Below, in pieces: positions 29,361 through 39,098 of a stretch of 64,000 nt of DNA. The DNA is taken from sequence record MG589383; one strand, written 5' to 3'. Made by a program: the position numbers and the translations under genes. This DNA is from Shigella phage phi25-307. The notes below the pieces were generated by a model. The model did not search any database, was not told the origin of the DNA, and was given only the letters and a program-made list of their open reading frames with translations. The first letter of the stretch is position 1. Each line of letters begins with the position of its first letter.

Positions 29361-30310
29361 TATAAAACCTCAATGGCATTTCGTAAACCGTCAGCTTTTG
29401 CATTCAGAGCTTTTAATGATTTAGTTTGTTCTGCAATCCGGGCTTCGACTTCTTTCAGACGAGATTTGAGATATTCGCGTTCTTCTCTTAAATTATCAAC
29501 TTTTTCTGCTTTAGTCTCTTTAATAGGCTTAGGCTTATACTCGTTAGGGTTCTTCAACTTAATTTGAATACGAGAACTGAATAACATTGAACCGTTATCT
29601 TCGGTTTCGCTGAACATTTCAACAACATCCATGGTCTGTAATATCATACGAAGTTTATAAGACAACGAACGAATAGTTTTGTTGCGCTTATTAATTTCTT
29701 CGGCTTTCATGGTACCGAGATTACGTGAGTAGTAATAAGGAACCTGGATATCAATTGATAATGATGCGTTACCATTACCGGTTGGTTTGAATACTGCAGT
29801 AACCCAGTCTTTAACATGAACTTTATTTGTACGACCGTCGCCGCCTGTGAATAATTTACGTGAATGTTTAAAAAGCATGTTCACTTGGTTATTGAATTCA
29901 CAAGCAAATTTATCAGCAAATTTAGTTTCAGGAATGGTAGATAACCAATCAGCCAAATGGGTCTTTTTAACATCGTTAATAATAGTAAATTCAACTAAAT
30001 CAGTTTTAGATGTCACAGATTTAATAAAGCTCGGCTTCATAAAGTTTTTAATGTTATCACGAGCCACAGTAGAAGATAATAAACGAGAACGTTTAAACCA
30101 TTGAAGCAGCGTCCCTAATGAATGAGAATACGCATTCTGAGTATCTTTACAGATATGATTTTCTTGACCTGTGTATGTACCAAAATCGCGAAGAATACCA
30201 CTTACTACAACTCGGTGTGGAACATCAAATCCTAATGAACCAGAAGCACGTTGGGCATGAACGTTAGCGATAAGACCTGCAAAATAATCAACATAATGTG
30301 AACGTGTCAT
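29360..30310 (-). CDS. hypothetical protein (316 aa) with C-terminal coiled coil
   Basis: RBS GAGGAAAATATT; early promoter upstream. Confidence 0.6.
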   Translation of the reverse strand: MTRSHYVDYFAGLIANVHAQRASGSLGFDVPHRVVVSGILRDFGTYTGQENHICKDTQNAYSHSLGTLLQWFKRSRLLSSTVARDNIKNFMKPSFIKSVTSKTDLVEFTIINDVKKTHLADWLSTIPETKFADKFACEFNNQVNMLFKHSRKLFTGGDGRTNKVHVKDWVTAVFKPTGNGNASLSIDIQVPYYYSRNLGTMKAEEINKRNKTIRSLSYKLRMILQTMDVVEMFSETEDNGSMLFSSRIQIKLKNPNEYKPKPIKETKAEKVDNLREEREYLKSRLKEVEARIAEQTKSLKALNAKADGLRNAIEVL

Positions 30311-30338
30311 AATATTTTCCTCTCGTTAAGATAGATTC

Positions 30339-30368
30339 ATTATACTCCAACCATCCTTGGTTGTAAAC
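30339..30368 (-). promoter_or_regulatory. early promoter (GTTTAC-18-TATAAT)
   Basis: plus attata 30339-30344 and gtaaac 30363-30368; spacer contains ccatccttgg. Confidence 0.5.
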
Positions 30369-30372
30369 TGAT

Positions 30373-31305
30373 TTATGATTTTAATGCATTCATTGCGTTA
30401 AAAAGTTTAGAGTACTGCAACTGGAGCTTGGTAACTACTTGTTGAGCATCACGAAGCTTAGCTTGTGCTTTGTCAAGTTCAACAGACAGTTGGTCCACAG
30501 TGGCTTTGATTTGATTATAATAGTAATCTTCGGCAGGAAGAAGACCATTAGAGATTTCCAGTTTAGGCGACGGCGTACCGTTAAACATAACAGGTTGTGC
30601 TGAAGCTGCATTAATCTTACCGATAGTCGGGGCGACAATAATTGACGCTTCGAACGTTGCATTTTCCTTTTTAAGATTTTGATAGTATTCAGAGTCTTTG
30701 TGCCACCATGGCGCAGGAACCTTTTTACCAATAGATACACGAGCCTGGATAGCGATATGGCCCTTATTCTTGATAACGTCGATAATATTAAGCTCACGAG
30801 AATAAATTGCTTTAATCTGGTGAATATTATCACCTAACACTTCCAACGCTTGGTGGAATACACGAGCAACGTTATCATTCTTAGGTTTATACGTAAGAGT
30901 GAACTCGTTCTCACTGATAACCATGATTTCTAACTTATCGTAAGTATATTTCAAATGTTTCATGTTAATTGCTTGAGGACGAATACGAGAAGCAATGGCC
31001 ATCAGATTGTTAAGGTTATTTCTGAACTGTTTAGCAAAATATTGTCCGTAGCCGCCGATACAAAAATTACGAAGTTTCTGTTTGGCTAATAAACGGCTGA
31101 ACTCACCATTTTTAATGAACTCTTTAACGGGTGTGTTAGTAACGCATTCAAATTGAGTAAACTTACGAGAATTAATCCCATAATATGAACAGATTTCCTC
31201 AATCTCTTCAGGAGTCTTTACAGGCATACGGATAGGATTAGGACCTGGGGTATATGCGTTCGAGGTAAATTCTTTGATAAGTTCTCTACGTGTAATAGAA
31301 GCCAT
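30373..31305 (-). CDS. hypothetical protein (310 aa)
   Basis: RBS GAGGAATATAAA; early promoter upstream. Confidence 0.6.
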   Translation of the reverse strand: MASITRRELIKEFTSNAYTPGPNPIRMPVKTPEEIEEICSYYGINSRKFTQFECVTNTPVKEFIKNGEFSRLLAKQKLRNFCIGGYGQYFAKQFRNNLNNLMAIASRIRPQAINMKHLKYTYDKLEIMVISENEFTLTYKPKNDNVARVFHQALEVLGDNIHQIKAIYSRELNIIDVIKNKGHIAIQARVSIGKKVPAPWWHKDSEYYQNLKKENATFEASIIVAPTIGKINAASAQPVMFNGTPSPKLEISNGLLPAEDYYYNQIKATVDQLSVELDKAQAKLRDAQQVVTKLQLQYSKLFNAMNALKS

Positions 31306-31331
31306 TTTATATTCCTCATGTTGAAAAATTT

Positions 31332-31361
31332 ATTATACTCCAACCATCCTTGGTTGTACAT
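31332..31361 (-). promoter_or_regulatory. early promoter variant (ATGTAC -35, TATAAT -10)
   Basis: same ccatccttgg spacer as the promoter at 30339. Confidence 0.4.
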
Positions 31362-32356
31362 CATTCCTTAAGAAGTTTTACTACTTGAATAAGATTAGCT
31401 CGTTCTGTTTTATTTTTACCGTTTAAGCCTGCTAATCGTGAGATTTCATCATCAGTCTGTTGAATAGTTACATTAAGTTCGTTAATCAAAGCTTCAAAGT
31501 ATTTGATTTGCTCAGCATGTTTTGATTCAAATTTCTGAACCGGAATAACGTCTTGGTTTAGTTCATCAATAAGGTCTTTAAGAGCATCTTCTTGGTTGAT
31601 ATCATATTCAACTTCTTTTATTTCTTCAACGAGCTCGTCTTTATATCTAACGTCTTTTAGTCCTGGTGCTGGTCCTGAAATCTCTTCTTTAAGAGTACAA
31701 ACATATCCAATACGATATCCAATGCCGTCTCGCTTGATAACAACTTCGTCGATAAATCCACAATGTTTAAGACCAGAGCCGATTAAGTCAAAATATCCTT
31801 GACGTCGTCCTTCAAACGTTACACGAACTACTAAGACAGTTTTACCTGCAACCTTTTGAAGCTCACATTTATAAAAGTCTGTTGAACCTGAATAACGTGG
31901 ATGAGTTTTAAAGTTCATCTGACGATCTAGGCCCATTTGTAAGCGTGCTGATACGGCCATAAAACGTGTTTGGTTCTCATTAAGATGAGCAACAATCCAT
32001 TTCAAAGGCATTTTACACTGTTCACGACCGAACAAATCAGTACGTCCTAGATTACGCAGGATGTTGTTAGAGTTAATCATCGACAGAACGTTAAGTTTAT
32101 TCAGCGCGCTGAAGATTCCATCGGCCATTGATTTTCCGTAACCTTTACACGCTTTAATAAGCGCTCGCGGTAGATTAGTATAGATTTCAGACGGCATATG
32201 AAAATCAAATTTACTAGTCAGTAATTGATGAACTTGGATAGCAATTTGCTCATAATTAAGTGCTCTGCGATCATTATGGTCTTTAAACCACACTTTAATC
32301 TGTGAAGCACATAAACCGTTAATTTCATGTTTTACCGCATCAGATGTAATGCTCAT
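31361..32356 (-). CDS. hypothetical protein (331 aa)
   Basis: ORF; MotA-type promoter upstream. Confidence 0.6.
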   Translation of the reverse strand: MSITSDAVKHEINGLCASQIKVWFKDHNDRRALNYEQIAIQVHQLLTSKFDFHMPSEIYTNLPRALIKACKGYGKSMADGIFSALNKLNVLSMINSNNILRNLGRTDLFGREQCKMPLKWIVAHLNENQTRFMAVSARLQMGLDRQMNFKTHPRYSGSTDFYKCELQKVAGKTVLVVRVTFEGRRQGYFDLIGSGLKHCGFIDEVVIKRDGIGYRIGYVCTLKEEISGPAPGLKDVRYKDELVEEIKEVEYDINQEDALKDLIDELNQDVIPVQKFESKHAEQIKYFEALINELNVTIQQTDDEISRLAGLNGKNKTERANLIQVVKLLKE

Positions 32357-32391
32357 AACTATTTCCTCAGATTGAATTGGAACTCAAAACC

Positions 32392-32419
32392 ATTATAACC
32401 CGTCCTTGGGTAAAGCGTT
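32392..32419 (-). promoter_or_regulatory. middle (MotA-type) promoter candidate
   Basis: minus strand AACGCTTTAC - 12/13 nt - TATAAT. Confidence 0.4.
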
Positions 32420-32946
32420 TATGCGTGAACCGTCTTTAAACGTTCTTCAAATTTCCGAAGAGTACTAATACGTTCTGCTTTCTGTTTTGTATAGTTTGCA
32501 ATACGTTCTGAAGTGAGAGCGTATCGTTCGTTTACTGTTTCTTTCATGAAGTCAGGGATTTCACGAGAAGCTTTAATTTCATCAAACTTATCGAGTACTG
32601 CCTGGTCTTCAGCGATTAAATTTTCGTACATCTCGATATCTTTCTTGATAAACTCGATATCTTCCTGGGTTACTTTGGATAAACGAGATGCTTTATCCTT
32701 TTTGTACTGCTCGTTAGTTTCACGAGACCAGAATAATGTACGTTTTTTGTTAGTGTTTTTGTAGACTTCCACAATTCCAACTGAATCGATGATAACAATC
32801 CAATTCCAGCGAGATTTGAAAATCTGACCTCCGTCCACGGTAATCTCGTTACCATAAGCAATGTCATTAAAGAACTTGCTTTGTGCTTCAGATTTAAATT
32901 TACCGTCGTTATAATTTACCAGGTTGAAAATATCTTTAGCGTTCAT
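32419..32946 (-). CDS. hypothetical protein (175 aa)
   Basis: ORF. Confidence 0.55.
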   Translation of the reverse strand: MNAKDIFNLVNYNDGKFKSEAQSKFFNDIAYGNEITVDGGQIFKSRWNWIVIIDSVGIVEVYKNTNKKRTLFWSRETNEQYKKDKASRLSKVTQEDIEFIKKDIEMYENLIAEDQAVLDKFDEIKASREIPDFMKETVNERYALTSERIANYTKQKAERISTLRKFEERLKTVHA

Positions 32947-32974
32947 GTTTTACCTCCAGTAGTTGATAGGTCTA

Positions 32975-33002
32975 TAATAACATAACCATAGACCTTGTAA
33001 AC
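32975..33002 (-). promoter_or_regulatory. early promoter (GTTTAC-16-TATTAT)
   Basis: gataggtctataataaca ... gtaaac on plus strand. Confidence 0.5.
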
Positions 33003-33004
33003 AA

Positions 33005-33292
33005 CTAAAAGAAACTTTTTTCGGTATTTTTTCCACTGAACCAAACCGATTTCGGAATTTTCTGTAATTTTTCAGATTTAAGTTTCTCTTCCTGTTCTTT
33101 CTTATATGCATCCTTGTCGTACTGGAACAACTCTAGGGCATTCTTTTGTAGACGGTCTAAGGTAATTAAGGCTTTAGTTTTTCCTTTCAAGGAAGAGTCC
33201 TGGCGAACCTCCTCGCTATATTGCATCGTAGAACTAACTATACGATGAGCATAGAGTTCGACTGCTGCTTTAATTTTTTGCATAAAATCCAT
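33005..33292 (-). CDS. hypothetical protein (95 aa)
   Basis: ORF. Confidence 0.45.
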   Translation of the reverse strand: MDFMQKIKAAVELYAHRIVSSTMQYSEEVRQDSSLKGKTKALITLDRLQKNALELFQYDKDAYKKEQEEKLKSEKLQKIPKSVWFSGKNTEKSFF

Positions 33293-33430
33293 AACATATC
33301 CTCTTTGATTTGTACATCATTATTTTTAAATATTTCTATGCCCTCAGTAGGTTCCTGGTGTCCTTCTTTGAGGTAAGCCATATGATTATTCATCTTTATG
33401 GCTTTTGTTACCTCAGAACTTCCTATAAGC

Positions 33431-34411
33431 TTATTTCAGTAAAGTTACTTCAGAGATTTCCTCCCAACCATCTTTATCAGTTGAAATAAAATCTGCTACG
33501 TAAAGAGCCGTACGTAATGATACATTGCGAAGACGAGATACGTTAGCCTTCATCCAGGACAATGCTTTATACGTTTCTGCATCCGTCAGACCACGTTTCT
33601 GCATCATGTCAGTAGATAATATTACATCTTCAACTCGAACCATAATCTCTTCATTAGAGTGTACTCCAAGGTCGAGATACACTGAACGAGATACTAAAGC
33701 TTGAAGGTGTGGGGCAAGTTTCGAACCGCGTTCTAACTCTTTATCGATATCAACGTTAGTAATGAAAACGATAGTACCTTCAAACTCAAATTCTTTATCA
33801 ATACCCTTATCATCGAGATAAGATGACGCAGTGCTCCAACAAACTTTGCGTTTATCTCCGGTATCTAATGCTGCTTTAAGAAGGTTCAAGATGTCCATAT
33901 CTGAGAATACGTCAACGTCGTCGATTAAGAGAACGCTGTCTGCATCACGGTTGAGCCAAAGTTGTTCGTAAAGGCCAATACCAGAGATTTTACCATTAAT
34001 GCTTTTGTATTTGATGAAACCGTTATCATTAGCATTATTAAGTGCTTTATCCAGAGAATACGTCTTACCAATACCAGCTGCACCTGAAATAATGAGTGAA
34101 CGAATTTTACCATCGATAATGCCATTCGTCATCATGTTCATTACTTTAAAGCGTTTGTTGATACGAGTTTTCATATCTTCAGTGCTTTCAACAACTGCAA
34201 CTGGTGACGTCTCAACTCTTTCCATTACGATGTCTGATTTGAAGACCCATACTCCACGTTCAGAACCATCAATCATAACGAAAATTTTACCATCACCTAA
34301 GTGGGAACATTCAGGATTAAGCTTTGCCGGGAACCAGGTCTTTGTGGCAACATAAGAACCAGAGATTTCGTTATTACGATAGATACCTTTTTTGATTTGA
34401 ACGTTGAACAT
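33431..34411 (-). CDS. P-loop NTPase (326 aa)
   Basis: Walker A GAAGIGKTYS, Walker B LLIDDVD; ATG at 34411 with RBS GGAGAA. Confidence 0.6.
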   Translation of the reverse strand: MFNVQIKKGIYRNNEISGSYVATKTWFPAKLNPECSHLGDGKIFVMIDGSERGVWVFKSDIVMERVETSPVAVVESTEDMKTRINKRFKVMNMMTNGIIDGKIRSLIISGAAGIGKTYSLDKALNNANDNGFIKYKSINGKISGIGLYEQLWLNRDADSVLLIDDVDVFSDMDILNLLKAALDTGDKRKVCWSTASSYLDDKGIDKEFEFEGTIVFITNVDIDKELERGSKLAPHLQALVSRSVYLDLGVHSNEEIMVRVEDVILSTDMMQKRGLTDAETYKALSWMKANVSRLRNVSLRTALYVADFISTDKDGWEEISEVTLLK

Positions 34412-34449
34412 TTTATTCTCCAATTTACTCATTTCGTTTCGATAGGTCT

Positions 34450-34478
34450 ATAATAACATGTTTAAAGCAAAAGTAAAC
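34450..34478 (-). promoter_or_regulatory. early promoter (GTTTAC-17-TATTAT)
   Basis: gataggtctataataaca ... gtaaac. Confidence 0.5.
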
Positions 34479-34480
34479 AA

Positions 34481-34699
34481 TTATTTGCGACGAGATTTTT
34501 TGGTAAGAGGTTGAAAGAACACTGCTTTACCGGCTGGGGTTAAGGTGACTCGTAATGCATTACCGATTCCTAAGGATGCTTTAACTAAACCTTTAGCTTT
34601 CAGTTCACCGAATGCTTGACGTTGTTCTGCATCACGAGTGTTAACCATAAGACCTTTATCACCTGCTTCACGAATCATTTCTAACATTTTGGTTTTCAT
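34481..34699 (-). CDS. hypothetical protein (72 aa)
   Basis: ATG at 34699 with RBS AGGAGAACAAA. Confidence 0.5.
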   Translation of the reverse strand: MKTKMLEMIREAGDKGLMVNTRDAEQRQAFGELKAKGLVKASLGIGNALRVTLTPAGKAVFFQPLTKKSRRK

Positions 34700-34727
34700 T
34701 TTGTTCTCCTCTTGTTTTGATAGGTCT

Positions 34728-34756
34728 ATAGTATCATATCCTAAAAGCATGTACAC
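34728..34756 (-). promoter_or_regulatory. early promoter variant (GTGTAC -35, TACTAT -10)
   Basis: gataggtctatagta ... gtacac. Confidence 0.4.
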
Positions 34757-34778
34757 TACTTTTTAAAAATATTTTAAC

Positions 34779-34797
34779 CCCCTAAAGGGACCCGAAG
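34779..34797 (-). terminator. hairpin GGGACC-UUCG-GGUCCC after the secreted-protein gene (terminator-like)
   Basis: 6 bp GC stem with UUCG loop; short U-tract. Confidence 0.45.
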
Positions 34798-34807
34798 GTC
34801 CCCACAT

Positions 34808-35089
34808 TTACTTATCGCACTTAGCAACATAATTAGGCATATCACAGAATACGGAGCGAGTAACTACTCGGCCCTTTGACCATGCTTCAGTTGCTTGTCC
34901 GGCCGTGCTATTAATATAGCTTGATCTAATGTTCTCAATACCCTGAGAATGTGATGCATTTACCGAACCATTAGAAGGCCCAGAAGACTGGTTACCACCA
35001 GCTCCTGCACTACCGCCAGCAGCACCCGTGGTAGCACCAACAGAGAATGCCATCATTACTGCGAATAAACCAATTACTAATTTTTTCAT
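34808..35089 (-). CDS. secreted Gly/Ser-rich small protein (signal peptide)
   Basis: MKKLVIGLFAVMMAFSVGA signal-like N-terminus; late promoter TATAAATA upstream. Confidence 0.55.
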   Translation of the reverse strand: MKKLVIGLFAVMMAFSVGATTGAAGGSAGAGGNQSSGPSNGSVNASHSQGIENIRSSYINSTAGQATEAWSKGRVVTRSVFCDMPNYVAKCDK

Positions 35090-35120
35090 ATTTACCTCAA
35101 GTTAATGGTTATTTATCTAC

Positions 35121-36110
35121 TTATTTATAGTAAGAATTATGATTTTCGAGATAGACTTGTTCAAGGAAGTCATCCCAGAAACTCATATCTACTTTTTGTT
35201 GCATGCCGTTCTTGGCAGCTTGTTCTGATGCTTGTTCAACTTGGTCAACGATATCTTCTAGGAATTCTTGTACAGTTTTAAATGTATGTTTACCAAGCTT
35301 AACATCGAGAATAAATGGAGCATCCTGAAGTGGGTAAACCAGGTCGCCTGTTTTGTAAATTTCCAATAATTGAAGTCCACCACGACATGCATGACTCAAT
35401 GCTTTCCAGTCAATACCTTCGTTAGCTTCTGCCTTACGAGCACGTTCACCATAGTTCTCTTCCAGTTTAACCAGGATGGCATTGAACTCTTTATTGGTTA
35501 ACGTGTCTTGGAATTTACGGTCTAACAGATTATAGAATGTTTGCTTACCTGTTTTCTCGTTTTCAGTTTCAATCCACGAAGCAAATTCACCTACGGGCAG
35601 AACATTCTTCATATGTGATAAACGAATTACTGCACCATTATCAAAGTATTGTCCCCATTCATTAGAACGTTTAAGGGCTTGACGAAGAACAGCCAGTCGA
35701 GAACCCTTGACGCCGTATTTAGAAGCTTGCTTACGAACATACCCTAAATAAGATTTCATGTTAGTAGTATAGAAACGAGACCTGTTGTCTTGAATATACT
35801 TCCACACGTCAGGCAAATCAGATTTAACTACTAAACTTGGTGGAGTGTGAAGCATATCTAATGCGACGGTTTCACCATCCGCAGCTAGTTTAAAGAAATA
35901 TTTGAGACTATACAACTCATGGTCCACGTCGTCTTTTGTGTTCTTAGAAGATGTGTTATTCGTGTTCTTGCTCATATGTTCTTTAACGTTACCGGTCAAG
36001 ATGTCACGAGCATGAGGGACGTAAATTTCTTTAAAATCAACGTCAGATTCAGGAGTAGACGTTCCATAAAGGTGGCTACCAAAGTAGCCTTTCATAATTG
36101 TTTTCATCAT
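35121..36110 (-). CDS. nucleotidyltransferase-fold protein (329 aa)
   Basis: N-terminal YFGSHLYGTSTPESDVDF = GS...G...TPxSD[IV]D Pol-beta-type NTase motif. Confidence 0.6.
   Translation of the reverse strand: MMKTIMKGYFGSHLYGTSTPESDVDFKEIYVPHARDILTGNVKEHMSKNTNNTSSKNTKDDVDHELYSLKYFFKLAADGETVALDMLHTPPSLVVKSDLPDVWKYIQDNRSRFYTTNMKSYLGYVRKQASKYGVKGSRLAVLRQALKRSNEWGQYFDNGAVIRLSHMKNVLPVGEFASWIETENEKTGKQTFYNLLDRKFQDTLTNKEFNAILVKLEENYGERARKAEANEGIDWKALSHACRGGLQLLEIYKTGDLVYPLQDAPFILDVKLGKHTFKTVQEFLEDIVDQVEQASEQAAKNGMQQKVDMSFWDDFLEQVYLENHNSYYK
35122..35129 (-). promoter_or_regulatory. late promoter TATAAATA
   Basis: exact T4 late -10 consensus on minus strand about 33 nt upstream of ATG at 35089. Confidence 0.5.
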
Positions 36111-36580
36111 TTAGCCTTATATTCAAGAGTAGGACAGACTTTTTCTTTACGAGCTTTAAGGTATTCGCCTATTAATGATTTCTTACGTTCAATAGGCTCA
36201 AGTCCATTTTTAATTCGTTCTTGGTTTTGCGCAATGAACTCAATTTCTTTATAATATTTTCTGTCGTTATATTTGTCTAACAACCAAGATGGACCAATTA
36301 TCAACCCGGCAGAAATAAAAGCCATGACTGATACCATTAAAATGCCTACGCCAATTGAGGCCGGAACTAATGTCCATAGACTGCTAAAAACAAAGAATCT
36401 AGTTAAAATTTCCTGGCCAATGATTACGACTGCTGCTAAAATCGCAAATCCAATAATTGAAACAGACAATACTGGGATTAACGTTTTCCAAAAATAAGCA
36501 CACAACGTTTTAGGGCGATTCCATGTACTATTGAACGCGGCATAAATTTTAAAGTGCCAAGAGTTTTCATTGATAATCAT
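36107..36580 (-). CDS. membrane protein (157 aa)
   Basis: two or three predicted TM helices. Confidence 0.5.
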   Translation of the reverse strand: MIINENSWHFKIYAAFNSTWNRPKTLCAYFWKTLIPVLSVSIIGFAILAAVVIIGQEILTRFFVFSSLWTLVPASIGVGILMVSVMAFISAGLIIGPSWLLDKYNDRKYYKEIEFIAQNQERIKNGLEPIERKKSLIGEYLKARKEKVCPTLEYKAK

Positions 36581-36589
36581 AATAATTCC

Positions 36590-37120
36590 TTATTTCAAAG
36601 TCGGGATAATAGAATCAAGATAAGCTTTAAGAGCAACTGCTTCATCTTTGTCTAATGTAATGATATGCTGACGAAGGTCATCAATTTGACGAATAACTAC
36701 GACATCACCATCTTCATACGAAGGATTAACGCCTAGGACTGTTGTATAGTCAGGGCGGTCCTGATTTGTAATAAAAGCATTACGGCATTTAGCCCATTGA
36801 AGTTTGGCCTTTTTGGCTGTTTCAGATTCCACGAATTCTTTCACCTTAGTGACGAATGTTTTCCAATTATTAATAGAAAAACATTCGTCTTCAGTTTCGA
36901 TATTAACCCCACTATAAAGTCCATGATAAAAACGAACTTGGAGGTCTTCACCAATGTTAATTACAGATGCATGTCCCGGTGGATTGAGTTTCAAAATCTT
37001 GTCCAGTTCCATAGGAAGAATAGTAGCAGCATCATCTTCTTGTGTCAGAACATACACATAACCACGTTTTTCGATACATAAATCACCAAACAACTCGGTT
37101 GTTTCAATTACAGTTTTCAT
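36590..37120 (-). CDS. hypothetical protein (176 aa)
   Basis: ORF. Confidence 0.5.
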   Translation of the reverse strand: MKTVIETTELFGDLCIEKRGYVYVLTQEDDAATILPMELDKILKLNPPGHASVINIGEDLQVRFYHGLYSGVNIETEDECFSINNWKTFVTKVKEFVESETAKKAKLQWAKCRNAFITNQDRPDYTTVLGVNPSYEDGDVVVIRQIDDLRQHIITLDKDEAVALKAYLDSIIPTLK

Positions 37121-37436
37121 ATTATTCACCAATTAAAGTTTCAACAAAATTCACCAAAGCATTCTGGCAAGCATCAACCTGATTTTCATAAAAGTCTTCG
37201 TTATCATTTACCGCATGATAAGCTACATCATTCAAATCTGAATCAGCTTCACGTAAGTCACGGATAAGGTCCATCAATTTATTAGCTTGTTCACGGGTCA
37301 TTTTACCATACTCGTTTCAATAAGATTCACTATGCCGTTTACCATGTTATAAGTAAACATCGGATAATTGTATTGTACTACAACATAAGCGATAAGCAAA
37401 AGTTTCATTTTGTTCTCCATTTGTTTTGGTAGGATT

Positions 37437-37466
37437 ACTATATCATAGTCCTACCAAGACGTAAAC
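37437..37466 (-). promoter_or_regulatory. early promoter (GTTTAC-18-TATAGT)
   Basis: drives two tiny ORFs (36 and 59 codons) at 37408..37123 that are not in the ORF track. Confidence 0.45.
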
Positions 37467-37723
37467 TACCGATTGTGTTTTAAATGTTGATAAAGTTCTT
37501 CAACTTGTTTAGGGTCCAAAACAATTAAGTCATTTTCTTGGCGAAGATAAATCCATCCCTTATCCCCACGGCCATTTTTACAAAACATCACCACCATATC
37601 ATCATCTTCAGCGCTTTCAGGTAAAAGTTCAAGTACACCGTCTTCAGATTTTCCAGTATAATCGTAAAGCATAATGTCCTCACATAATCTCGTTAACATA
37701 CATTTGCAATTCGGTGTGGGCAT
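37466..37723 (-). CDS. hypothetical protein (85 aa)
   Basis: ORF. Confidence 0.45.
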   Translation of the reverse strand: MPTPNCKCMLTRLCEDIMLYDYTGKSEDGVLELLPESAEDDDMVVMFCKNGRGDKGWIYLRQENDLIVLDPKQVEELYQHLKHNR

Positions 37724-37859
37724 CTGCCATCTTTTTCATAGCTCTGTTAATGTCGATGTCTCCATCTTCGCAACCATGAGCATTTTCCCAATCAGATACC
37801 GCATTAGCGTACTCTTCAATCAAAAACATCAACTTAGAAATCTTTTCTTTACGTGTCAT
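37680..37859 (-). CDS. hypothetical protein (59 aa)
   Basis: ATG at 37859 with RBS GAGGAG. Confidence 0.4.
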   Translation of the reverse strand: MTRKEKISKLMFLIEEYANAVSDWENAHGCEDGDIDINRAMKKMADAHTELQMYVNEIM

Positions 37860-37886
37860 AACGTTCTCCTCTAGTAAGTAAGGACT

Positions 37887-37915
37887 ACTATAACACAACC
37901 TGAGGAAAAGTAAAC
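37887..37915 (-). promoter_or_regulatory. early promoter (GTTTAC-17-TATAGT)
   Basis: ggactactataaca ... gtaaac. Confidence 0.5.
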
Positions 37916-37926
37916 TGATAGATGCC

Positions 37927-37954
37927 AAAAAGCCCCAACCATAAGGAAGGGGCT
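37927..37954 (-). terminator. rho-independent terminator after rI (AGCCCC...GGGGCU + U5)
   Basis: 6 bp GC stem, 12 nt loop, TTTTT on minus strand. Confidence 0.55.
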
Positions 37955-37960
37955 AGTAAA

Positions 37961-38263
37961 TTAGATAGATGTAGGCTCTAATTTTATTTTCATGAACTCG
38001 GCAAATTGTCTGGCAGTTTTTATGCCTTGTTCATGACATTCAAATGCATCATCACAGGGGCTATTTTTGTAATGCTTTGCCATATACTTATAGAATTTTT
38101 CAGAATTCTCGACATTTTGAATTTCAAACAAAGTATATACGTTTTTAATCCCTGATTCCATAAAGTTATCAAAATATGGGTCAGTGTACGCAGTACCAAC
38201 GATAGGAGTTGTTGCTGCAAAAAACCCCAGCATCGCCATGACAGCTATCGCTCTTAAGGCCAT
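37961..38263 (-). CDS. rI: rI lysis-inhibition regulator (periplasmic)
   Basis: MALRAIAVMAMLGFF...DPYFDNFMESGIKNVY...CDDAFEC as in T4 rI. Confidence 0.8.
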   Translation of the reverse strand: MALRAIAVMAMLGFFAATTPIVGTAYTDPYFDNFMESGIKNVYTLFEIQNVENSEKFYKYMAKHYKNSPCDDAFECHEQGIKTARQFAEFMKIKLEPTSI

Positions 38264-38281
38264 ATAGGCCTCCTGTTAATT

Positions 38282-38488
38282 TTAGCCAGTATTTATTTTT
38301 CGCCTTTGGACGGCCTTAACATCTGTGAGGTATTTTTCCAGCTTGCGCTTGCGTGTATAATCAGCTTTAGAACCAGTTTGACGGATATCCTCGTTTAAAT
38401 GAGAAATAGAATGTCCTAATTCTCTTCGGATTTCATCCAATTGGGTTACAGTAAGATTACGAAGTTGTTTTTCGTTTAATTGCTGCAT
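38282..38488 (-). CDS. hypothetical protein (68 aa)
   Basis: ORF. Confidence 0.45.
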   Translation of the reverse strand: MQQLNEKQLRNLTVTQLDEIRRELGHSISHLNEDIRQTGSKADYTRKRKLEKYLTDVKAVQRRKINTG

Positions 38489-38515
38489 ATATACCTCTTG
38501 GTTAGATATTAGTAT

Positions 38516-39097
38516 TTATAACAACCCTGTCAAATCATTCCAATGCTTCCGGCATAATGACACATATCTATCAGTATCACCAATTTCAATTTGACTGCCA
38601 TCTGTAATTGGAAGTCCGTCTTCAGTGACTCTAGCTACCATTGTGGCCTTTTTACCACAATGACAGACACCTTTAAGTTCAACAAGCTTATCGGCAATAG
38701 CCATTAATGCTTGAGAACCTTCAAATAGATTACCTTTAAAATCTGTTCGTAGTCCATATGCCATTACCGGCACATTGTATACGTCAACAATACGACTAAG
38801 TTGATACACCTTTTCAGTAGTTAAGAACTGAGCTTCGTCAACAAATACACAATGAATATCCTTTTGTGCTGTAGCCCATTTATAGAATTCAAAGATATCC
38901 ATGTCTTTTGTAATTATATTGGCGTCCTGACGAATACCAATACGAGAGACTATTTCACCTTTTGAATCGCGAGTATCAATAGCCGGTTTAAGAACTAATA
39001 CACCCATGCCACGTTCTTTATAGTTATGGGCGGCAGTCAAAAGAGAAGCAGATTTTCCAGCATTCATTGCTGCATAAGTAAAAATTAAACTCGCCAT
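38516..39097 (-). CDS. tk: thymidine kinase
   Basis: 193 aa; P-loop AAMNAGKS, VDEAQF, C-terminal CxCG...C..H zinc motif. Confidence 0.9.
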   Translation of the reverse strand: MASLIFTYAAMNAGKSASLLTAAHNYKERGMGVLVLKPAIDTRDSKGEIVSRIGIRQDANIITKDMDIFEFYKWATAQKDIHCVFVDEAQFLTTEKVYQLSRIVDVYNVPVMAYGLRTDFKGNLFEGSQALMAIADKLVELKGVCHCGKKATMVARVTEDGLPITDGSQIEIGDTDRYVSLCRKHWNDLTGLL

Positions 39098-39098
39098 C

